NCBI GenBank assembly: GCA_963735595.1 | Contig: CAVTLK010000002.1 | Span: forward strand, 352,001-416,000 | Origin: an uncultured delta proteobacterium | Lineage (GTDB): Bacteria > Desulfobacterota > Zymogenia > Zymogenales > Zymogenaceae | DNA: 64,000 nt | Direction of reading: 5' to 3' | In this document: piece by piece, positions 55,807 to 64,000 of the stretch | Numbering within the stretch: position 1 is the stretch's first letter | Layout of the letters: each line of letters opens with the position of its first letter | Translations under genes and position numbers: made by a program | The notes under the pieces: generated by a model | Database searches by the model: none | Seen by the model: only the letters and a program-made list of their open reading frames with translations | Told to the model about the DNA's origin: nothing

Positions 55807-57796
55807 TCAGGTCGCTGCGGCGTTTCTCCCAACGGCCCGTACGGTAAGCCTGGCCTCGATGAGAATCTTATTGGGTTCGTCTGCCGCCCCAGTGCTCCTC
55901 CCAGTCGCCCGTTATCCGCGATTCGACTGCGAGGGACCGGTTTCGATCTCGTCACTGACGAGGACCGAGAGCTGTTCCATCGCCGCGGCCTTGGCATCGG
56001 CCAGCCGCCCGTAGCTCTTCCTTCCCTCGGGGGTAAAAAGGACGAAGGTAGCCGTCGCCGAAGGATCGGATGACGGCCTCGCGGTGCGCCAGCACCACAC
56101 CGGATACCGCCCCCACGGCGCCCGGCCACGGCCGCGTTATCCGGCACAACGCAATCGGCCCCGAGCCTTCGGGCGATGGGGGTAATGAAAAGGCCCACCG
56201 GCGCCCCGACCCCGATAATCGTTCTTTTAAGGCGAAGTCAAGACGTATCCCCCCCGCATCCGCCCGGCCGCCAGCCATGCGGCCGTGGGCTCCGCCAGCG
56301 TCCCGAAATTGCTATACCCGTTTCCGGTCTCCGCCCCAAGGCAGGAAGCGACGATTAGGAAGAAGAGCCGTCGGTCAATTTCGTCTATGACCCTCCGGGA
56401 TAGTTCCTCCGGGCCGATTCCGAGAAAACGCGCCGCCGCCGACAACGCGGCCTTTGATGCCGCAACGCTGCCTATCGAGCAGAGACCCGCGGCATTGAAG
56501 ACATCGGTGGGGGTCAGCCCGGCCCGTATGACGGCTTCCGTCGGCCGTAAGGCGATCCAAGGCCCGCTCCAGAAAAAGGCGCTCCCGGACATCGTCCGCG
56601 TCGGACTCACGAATGGGCATCTCCATTGCACGCTCTAGGATCTCGCGGTACTCGTCGGCGAACCGATCGGCCGTGGGCGGTGTCCACGCGGTAAAAAAGT
56701 CGGTGGGGAGGCACCTTTTCGCGGACCCCGGGGCTTGTTCAATTCGGTTGAGCAGCTCGATGATCCCGGGGTAGCGCTCTCCGAGCCTGCCGATCGGAAG
56801 GACGCGGACAGGCCCCACGGAAAGGGAATTCCGATCTGCATAGTCGATGAGGCTGTCGCCCCCCAGTCCCGTCGTACACATATCGACCGCCGAGACGAAC
56901 GTCCGGTAATCCCCCACCCGGCCCCCGCGGGGTGAGAGGCGGGGCGAGCCCGCCGAGAGCGCCGCGATATCGGTGGTCGTCCCCCCCACGTCGATGACGA
57001 TCGTATCGATGCCGCCCGGAATGGGCGCCAGGGTTCGCGCCCCCACGACGGAGGCCGCCGGTCCCGAGAGTATCGTCTCGATGGGGCGGGAGCGGGCCGT
57101 CGTCTCGCTCATGAGAGAGCCGTCGCCCCTGACTACCATGAGCGGCGCGGTGATCGAGAGGCGGGAAAGCGCGCCACGGACCGCGTCCAGGAGCCCGGCA
57201 ATCAGGGGGATGAGCCCGGCGTTGAGCGCCGCGGTAGTCGCGCGCACCTCGGCGTCCAGGTCCATCGAGAGGCGGTGACCCAGGACGACCGGCTTCTTAA
57301 CGGCCCGGGCTATGATAGCCTCGATTCGGTTTTCGTGGGCGGGATTACGAACGGAGAAATATGATGCGCAGGCATAGGCCGAAACGTCCCGGTCTACCGC
57401 AGTAATGAAGTCCTTTACCGCCTTTTCGTCGAGCGGAGCCGCCTCGTCGCCCCTTACGGTGTGCCCTCCGGTTACGTGCCGCGTCACAACGCCGGCAATG
57501 GGTACCGACAGGTCCCTTTCGTAGCCGACGATCAGAAGGGCCACCGGGCGGTTTTTCCTCTCGACTACGGCGTTGGTGGCCAGCGTCGTTGAGAGGCCGA
57601 CGAGGCTGATTGCGTTCGGATCGTATTCCAAGAGCCCGGCAATGGAATCAACGATGCCGTCGATGAGGCGATGATGTGTCGTCGGGGCCTTCGATTTGGC
57701 GACAATCTTTCGCGCCGCGGGGTCAAAAAGTACAGAGTCGGTAAATGTCCCGCCGGTATCGATACCCAGAAAGAGAGAAGATCTCTTGCGGCTCAC
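55807..57796 (-). CDS. Hydantoinase/oxoprolinase-family (ASKHA) ATPase, frameshifted
   Basis: GIDTGGTFTD, STTLATN, TILSGPAASV.G, IDVGGTTTD, GLGGDS, TPTD; TGA at 55807. Confidence 0.85.
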
Positions 57797-58554
57797 CAGG
57801 ACGCCCCCATGATCTCGAACATTGATCGCCCGGGGCAGTCCTTTCTGTCGCAGAGTTGACAGGGGGTATCTGTGGATATCTCGCCGGTCTTTCCGATCCC
57901 CAGGAGACCCGAGACGCTCTTCTTCGGGATCATGAGGAAGGTATCGGTGAGCCGTATCCCGATTCGGGGAGGTACGATGAGGTCAAAAAGGACCCGTTGT
58001 TCGGCGAGGTCCCACCGGCACTGGCCGGGCCCGAAGGGGGGCGTAACGGCCCAACCGCGCGGCGCGGCCTCCGTGTTAAAAATCCTTCCTATGAGGTCAA
58101 TGGAGGCCTTGGCCAGCACGAGAGTGCCCGCCGTATCCAGGAGTACCGACGAGAGCACGTCGCCTTTTGCGGCAAACCCGGAGGCTTCGGTATCGAGCTC
58201 GGGGCCGAGCGTAACGGCGTATACCGCCGCCAGGTCCGAGCCTTTGAGAACCCGGGCGAGGATCTTTCCGGTAAACCTGCCGCCGCCAAGTGTTATGGCG
58301 CCGTCGTCGTCCCGGGCCGTTTCATGAACCTCGTAGACGGCCCGGGGATGTGCAAGGGCCAGCGCCCGTTCGACGATCCGGTCGGCGGCCGAAACCAGCC
58401 GCGGAGGGGCGGGGCGCTTGTCGGAATAGCCGGCTATTTTCAGCAGCGTTTCACGGTCGATGTGGATTGGGAGATCGTCGATGATCACGGTGATTATCCT
58501 GTATTGATTTTGGGACTCGATCGGCCTGCGACCGGACAGCGTTCCTTCAACCAA
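57793..58554 (-). CDS. Stand-alone methionine synthase activation-domain-like protein with a C-terminal Cys motif
   Basis: AVTLG, LD..G, FGPG, Q..LF.L, IGIRLTDTFLMIPKKSVSG, PCQLCDRKDCPGR. Confidence 0.8.
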   Translation of the reverse strand: MVEGTLSGRRPIESQNQYRIITVIIDDLPIHIDRETLLKIAGYSDKRPAPPRLVSAADRIVERALALAHPRAVYEVHETARDDDGAITLGGGRFTGKILARVLKGSDLAAVYAVTLGPELDTEASGFAAKGDVLSSVLLDTAGTLVLAKASIDLIGRIFNTEAAPRGWAVTPPFGPGQCRWDLAEQRVLFDLIVPPRIGIRLTDTFLMIPKKSVSGLLGIGKTGEISTDTPCQLCDRKDCPGRSMFEIMGASW

Positions 58555-58673
58555 AATGATTATAGCAGAAGACGGGGAGTGGTGGAATAGCGCTCTTTAC
58601 CATGCGGGCAAATAATACGGTACGATCGTGCTATTCACGGCACTGTGCGGGGCAGTGCGTCATGGCCGCCTAT

Positions 58674-58704
58674 AAAAAAACCCGGATTTCGTCCGGGTAT
58701 TTTT
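58674..58704. terminator. Bidirectional intrinsic terminator
   Basis: A7-CCCGGA-TTTCG-TCCGGG-TATTTTT. Confidence 0.75.
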
Positions 58705-58726
58705 ATAGTCCCCTGTCGGCCAGGGC

Positions 58727-58963
58727 TTAATTTGCGGCCGCTTTCTCCTCGCCGCCGCCGGCACTCTTGTTGAGCTCACCGACGATAAAATCCACGTCCA
58801 GCCCGTGCACCATGGCGCCGTCGCCCAGCGTCTCCATCCGGGCGGCGGGGCAGGCAAAACATCCGCCGTGGAAATATTTCCGAAATACGTCCGCTGTCTC
58901 AGGATATAATTTCAGGACCTCATCGATGGACATATCCGCCGTGATCTTCTTCGTATCAGCCAT
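58727..58963 (-). CDS. DUF1858 redox CxxC protein (hybrid-cluster-associated domain)
   Basis: ITADMSIDEVL..YPET..VF, GCFACP, ETL..GA..HG; AAGGAG RBS. Confidence 0.88.
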   Translation of the reverse strand: MADTKKITADMSIDEVLKLYPETADVFRKYFHGGCFACPAARMETLGDGAMVHGLDVDFIVGELNKSAGGGEEKAAAN

Positions 58964-58995
58964 TATCGTAACTCCTTCCGCTCAAGTTTCTTTCA

Positions 58996-59029
58996 CTACT
59001 AATATAGTAGAATATTCTTTGTTTGTCAA
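58996..59029 (-). promoter_or_regulatory. Sigma70 promoter with an overlapping palindrome (DUF1858 gene)
   Basis: TTGACA-17 bp-TATATT; CTACTA-ATA-TAGTAG covers the -10. Confidence 0.65.
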
Positions 59030-59130
59030 GGGCCTTTTCATATATTCCGCATGGTATCGCGGCTCTCGGGAAAAGACAAGTCTTTTTTCCCGGCCGCCGT
59101 GCCTTTTTTGGCCCACGCAGTGTTATCCTC

Positions 59131-59168
59131 TTGACATTCAATCAATCGTTTGATAGGATTTTTATCAA
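59131..59168 (+). promoter_or_regulatory. Sigma70 promoter with inverted repeats (MMPL gene)
   Basis: TTGACA-17 bp-TAGGAT; ATCAA-TCGT-TTGAT and TTGATA-N7-TATCAA. Confidence 0.6.
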
Positions 59169-59355
59169 CTAAGGGCCGGTTCTCGATGGGAAAATCGGTG
59201 AAGCACGGCCCTATCCGGGGGATCATAATCGGACGGCCCGGGATTATCGTCCCATAGTGGCCGGCGATCATCTCCAATTCTACGAAGTCGGCAGTTTTCC
59301 GGTATACAGGGCCGATTGCCGGAATTACCTAACGTCCTGAAGGTACTGACACCCA

Positions 59356-61940
59356 TGAAGCTGCACCACTACTATCGGCGATTCGCCCTATTTGTTACCG
59401 AATACCCTAAAACCGTCATTGCGGTCATGCTGGCGATTACGGCCCTGTTTGGCGTCGCGGCCGTCTCCCTCCAGATCGATCCCGATCCCTGGAAGATGAT
59501 CCCCGCCGAGGACCCCGCCGTCGTTTACTGGAACGAGGTGGAAGAGCTCTTCGGTAAATCGGACGCCGCGATCGTGGCGGTGGTCGCCCCCGGCACCATC
59601 TATAATCCCGCGTCGCTGGCCAAGGTCGACGAGCTGACCCGGCGTCTGGAGGAGATAAACCTGACGACGCCGGAGGACGCCGCGACCCTCCAGCGGATTA
59701 TTGACAATTCACAGGGGGAAGTACGCGACCTGCTGTCGGAGGCGGCAAAGGACGGGCTGACCGGGGGCGATATCGGGCTTCTTTCGGAAGCGATACGGTT
59801 GTTGTCGGAAGCCCCAACCGCCGATCCCTCGGTCATCTGGGACCTGACCGATATCACGGTCGCCCTGGACCCGCTTGACGACGCGATGGGCATCGCGTCG
59901 GTCGAGAATATCGAGAATATAAACGGGATACTTACCACCGGTCCCGTCATGGAATATCCGCCGACGACCGACGACGGGTGCCGGGCGGTCCGCGAAAAGG
60001 TGTTGGCCAACTGGATGCTTTCCGGGAAGATCGTCTCGGAGGATGAGACGGCCACGATCGTGTTTGCGAACACGACCTTCGAAGGGCATGAGTCGCGGAT
60101 GATGGCCCTCTACGACGGGATCAGGAGCATCACCGATGAACTCGGGGGGCCGGAGAGCTACTACCTCTCGGGAACCCCGATGATTATGAGCCGCGACTCA
60201 AAGTACATGAAGGATGACATGGCATTTCTGATCCCGCTGGTTATCCTGGTGATCATGGGGAGCCTCTTTCTGGTGTTCAGGAACGTCAAGGGGATGATTC
60301 AGCCGCTGCTGGTGGTGCTCGTCAGCGTGGTATGGACAATGGGGCTGATGGCGCTCGCGAAAGTCCCGATATCGATCGTGTCCAGCGCGCTGCCCGTAAT
60401 CCTCGTGGCGATGGGGTGCGCCTATGGAATCCACATTACCACGCAGTTTTACGGCCGCATCTCCCAGGGCGCCGAAAAGAGGCAGGCCCTGGTCGATACA
60501 ATGGAGGAGATCACCTCGCCGGTTATCATGACCGCCGTGACCTCCATGGTGGGCTACGGGTCTCTGGCCACGTCGAACCTTTCGCCGATTCGGGAGTTCG
60601 GCCTGTTCACGACGTTCGGGATATTTGCCGCCGTGCTCGCTTCCATCACCCTGATCCCGGCGGTTATCATGCTCTTTAAAGTCCCGGTGAAACTCTCGGT
60701 GGCGGTGGACCGAAGCTCCGACAACTCGCCGATCGTCAGGTTCATCGACGCCATCGGCAGGATCGTGGTAAAGAAGAAATTCCTGGTCTTTGCGGCGCTT
60801 GTCCCGGCCTTTATCCTGATTATCGTCCTGACAACGCAGGTGACGGTCGGGTACGGCTTCGTGAAAGACTTCAAGAAGAAAAGCGAGATCCGGGTCAGTG
60901 ACGATAAGATCAACGAGAAGTTCCCCGGTACCGTCACCTTCAACGTGATCATCGATTCGGGCCGGCCCGACGGGGCCAAGGACCCCGAGTTTCTCAAGAA
61001 AGTCGAGGGGCTTTGCAGCGATCTCGAGTCGGACCCCTTCGTGGGGGGGAGCACGTCGATCGTCGATTTCGTATACCGGATGAACTACGTCCTGCATGAC
61101 AACGATCCGGCCTATCTTCGTCTGCCCGGCGCGGTGGAGACCGTGACCGTTTCCGACGAGCTCGATCCCATGGGAACGGTCCGCGAGGAAACGGTCAGCG
61201 GCTCGGATGTCGTCGCCCAGTATATCCTGCTCTATGAAAGCTCCGGCGGCCGTGATATCGACAAGGTGGTTGACTTCGATTACCGGAAGGTCAATGTGGT
61301 CGTCTTCCTTAAATCCTCCTACTCCGGGGATATCGCGAGCGTCGAGAAGCGGGCGATGGATTACATCGACCGGAATTTCTCGGACGGAGAATCGGCGCAT
61401 ACCACCGGGGCAGGGGACCTGGTTGTCGCCATCTCCCGCTATATCATAAAGAGCCAGATGGTCAACCTTGCCACATCGCTCGTTACGGTCCTCATCATGC
61501 TCATGGTGGTCTTCAGGTCGGTCAAGGCCGGCCTCTTTGCGATCCTTCCCATCGTCTTTACGATTCTTGCGAACTTTTCCCTCATGAGGATCACCGGGAC
61601 GAACCTCGACGTGGCCACCGCCATGATCGCTTCGATGGGCCTGGGCGACTGGATCGACTTCGCGATCTATTTTACTTCGATCTATCAATTAGAGATCGCG
61701 CGGGAAAAAGACCGGGACACGGCGCTGATCAAGACGCTGCATAATACGGGACGTCCGATCTTCTTCAATGCGGTCTCGGTGGCGGTCGGCTTCCTGGTAT
61801 TGATGCTTTCCAACTTCAAACCGATCATGAATATCGGATGGCTGGTTGCCGCGACGATGATGATCAGCGCCTTTGCGACGTTCGTTATCCTGCCGATGGT
61901 GATATCCCGGTTCGGTCTGTACGACGCCGGGAAACGGTGA
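59356..61940 (+). CDS. MMPL/RND-family transporter
   Basis: Two repeats of 1 TM, large loop and 5 TMs; YGIH and IDFAIY motifs; ATG 59356 assumed as start. Confidence 0.9.
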
Positions 61941-62064
61941 GCCGGGGCATCCCGGACGGAATCGTCCGGTCCGCGGAGAATGCGGACAGCAGGGGATGGG
62001 TGAGCCGGCGGTGTACCATATTTCTATTGATTACGGCTCATATGTATGATACGATATCTTTTTA

Positions 62065-62999
62065 ATGAGTCAGGAAAACGTCATAGATCTCTTCTCCCGT
62101 TATCTCACCTACGAGCGGGGGGCATCCGCCCATACCATCAAGAGTTATCTGACCGATCTCGCGGAATATACTGCCTTCCTTGACCGGGATGCGGCCGATA
62201 CGGGCAGGGGGGTGGTGGGCGCATCCCACCACGACATCCGCGCCTGGCTCGGCACGCTGGTGGGAAAGAGGGAGAGGAGCTCGGTCGCCCGCAAGCTTTC
62301 GACCCTTCGGACGTTTTATCGCTTCCTGATCAGGAAGGGCTACCGCGATGACAACCCGGCCGCCCTCGTATCGTACCCGCGCATCGGCGAACGATTATCG
62401 GCCTATCTCACGGTGGATGACGTCTTTGCGCTGCTGTACGCTGCCTGACCGGACGACGCCGGCGGGGAAGCGGGACGCGGCCATCCTCGAGATCCTCTAT
62501 TCCACCGGAATCAGGGTGGGGGAGTTAATGGCCCTCAACGCCCCGGATATCTCCTGGGACGAGTCGGTGGTGCGGGTAATGGGGAAGGGAAAGAAGGAAC
62601 GGATCGTCCCGATCGGCGGCCCGGCGCTGGCGAGCCTCCGGCACTATGTGGAGGCGAGAACACCCGGTGTGATGGGGCGTGCCGGGCTCGGCAATCGACC
62701 CGGTGGCCCTCTTTATCAACCGGCGGGGAGGGCGGCTGACCGACCGGAGCGTGAATCGGATAATCAAGAAATATATCCTGATGGGTGCGCTTACCCTCAA
62801 CGTGAGCGCCCACAAGCTTCGTCACGCATTTGCCACCCATCTGTTGGAGATGGGGGCGGACCTGCGGGACATACAGGAGATGCTGGGACACGAGACCATC
62901 TCCACCACCCAGCGGTATACCCATGTCACGGTAGATACCCTGATGAAGATATATGACCAGGCCCATCCGAGGTCGGGAAGGAAAGGGAGTAAGCTATGA
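62065..62999 (+). CDS. xerC: Tyrosine recombinase XerC, two frameshifts
   Basis: [59 protein letters not shown]; upstream of hslVU. Confidence 0.9.
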
Positions 63000-63529
63000 G
63001 CATTGTTCGTTCGACAACGGTTCTGGCCGTCAGGAAAGACGGGCAGGTCGCTATGGCCGGGGACGGCCAGGTGAGCATGGGCGAGACGGTCGTCAAGCAT
63101 GGCGCAAAGAAGATCAGAAGGCTCTATAACGGCAAGATACTGGCCGGATTTGCCGGGGCCACCGCCGATGCCTTTACCCTCTTTGAGCGCTTTGAGATGA
63201 AACTGGAGCAATACGGCGGAAACCTCATGCGCAGCGCCGTCGAGCTGACCAAGGAATGGCGGACCGATAAATACCTTCGACGCCTGGAAGCGCTGCTGCT
63301 GGTGGCCGACGGGACGACGATGCTGGTTATCTCCGGCGGAGGCGACGTGCTGGAACCGGACGACGAGGTCATCGCCATCGGCTCCGGCGGGGGTTACGCC
63401 CAGGCAGCGGCGCGGGCGCTGATCCGCCACACGTCGCTCTCGGCTCAAGAGATCGCCGAGGAGAGTTTGAAGATAGCCGCGGGGATCTGTGTCTATACCA
63501 ACGACCGGATCACGGTCGAAGTCCTGTAA
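62996..63529 (+). CDS. hslV: ATP-dependent protease subunit HslV
   Basis: [31 protein letters not shown]. Confidence 0.96.
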   Translation: MSIVRSTTVLAVRKDGQVAMAGDGQVSMGETVVKHGAKKIRRLYNGKILAGFAGATADAFTLFERFEMKLEQYGGNLMRSAVELTKEWRTDKYLRRLEALLLVADGTTMLVISGGGDVLEPDDEVIAIGSGGGYAQAAARALIRHTSLSAQEIAEESLKIAAGICVYTNDRITVEVL

Positions 63530-63649
63530 ATCAAGAATGAATGGGAGCGGGGCCGCGGTAACGCCTGACCCCGGGCGCCCGATGAGAAGATCTCTATAGT
63601 TAATTTCGTCCGGGTCGGGCAGGGGCCTGATCCAAGGGAGGATAACCGA

Positions 63650-64000
63650 ATGCAGACCTTTACGCCCCGGGAGATCGTCTCGGAGCTGGATCGATATATC
63701 GTCGGCCAGGACAAGGCAAAACGCGCCGTGGCCATCGCACTCAGGAACCGCTGGAGAAGGATGCGGGTTCCCGAGGACCTCCGGGACGAGATCGCCCCGA
63801 AGAATATCATCATGATCGGCCCTACCGGTGTGGGAAAGACCGAAATCGCCCGCAGGCTGGCGAAGCTCGCCCAGGCCCCCTTCCTGAAGGTTGAGGCCAG
63901 CAAGTTCACCGAGGTGGGCTATGTCGGGCGGGACGTGGAGTCGATGATACGCGACCTCATGGAGCTTGCCGTCAGCATGGTCAAAGAGGAGGAAGTCGCC
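63650..64000 (+). CDS. hslU: ATP-dependent protease ATPase HslU, truncated at the window edge (absent from the ORF track)
   Basis: [72 protein letters not shown]. Confidence 0.96.
   Translation, partial: MQTFTPREIVSELDRYIVGQDKAKRAVAIALRNRWRRMRVPEDLRDEIAPKNIIMIGPTGVGKTEIARRLAKLAQAPFLKVEASKFTEVGYVGRDVESMIRDLMELAVSMVKEEEVA

Noticed and set aside
60198..61688. 496-aa minus-strand ORF
   Set aside because: Antisense shadow of the MMPL gene.
62065..62999. Recombinase as a prophage or island integrase
   Set aside because: XerC-type sequence in the conserved xerC-hslV-hslU arrangement, with no phage genes.

Overview
Bacterial chromosomal window. Gene content (pilG/H/I-like genes plus pilD, HEAT plus HD-GYP pair, DUF1858, xerC-hslV-hslU, sigma54 promoter) suggests a deltaproteobacterial/Desulfobacterota-like anaerobe; this is an inference. 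1-16.7 kb is an accessory patchwork: a sigma54-driven operon (receiver protein plus two CheB-like proteins with broken catalytic triads, one a REC-DUF4388-REC-CheB fusion missed by the ORF track), a truncated epimerase stub, a dTDP-3-amino-3,6-dideoxyhexose cassette (fdtA/fdtB, Fem-like GNAT, beta-keto-acid cleavage enzyme, hexapeptide acyltransferase, GT41-like protein), a PAS/NarL two-component pair, a zinc-finger-fused CoA-transferase, a decayed integrase fragment and perR-katG. tRNA-Arg(CCG) follows. 17-35 kb holds housekeeping and signalling genes (dtd, diguanylate cyclase, recJ, ssb, polyprenyl synthase, HEAT/HD-GYP, P1 peptidase, pilD, PilGHI-like ABC system). 35.5-43.6 kb is a glycosylation cluster with a B12 radical-SAM enzyme and a GT-C/TPR protein. 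43.6-54 kb is an AT-rich Wzm/Wzt polysaccharide island with fused methyl- and pyruvyl-transferases and a WaaZ-like enzyme. 54-64 kb holds an acyl-CoA ligase, a hydantoinase-like ATPase with a MetH-activation-like protein, DUF1858, an MMPL transporter and xerC-hslV-hslU. Many genes, including housekeeping ones, are split by single-base indels, most likely long-read assembly errors. No CRISPR array, rRNA or intact IS element was seen. All family calls are by eye from motifs; no searches were run. The best candidate for an undescribed system is the amino-sugar acylation cassette containing the beta-keto-acid cleavage enzyme.
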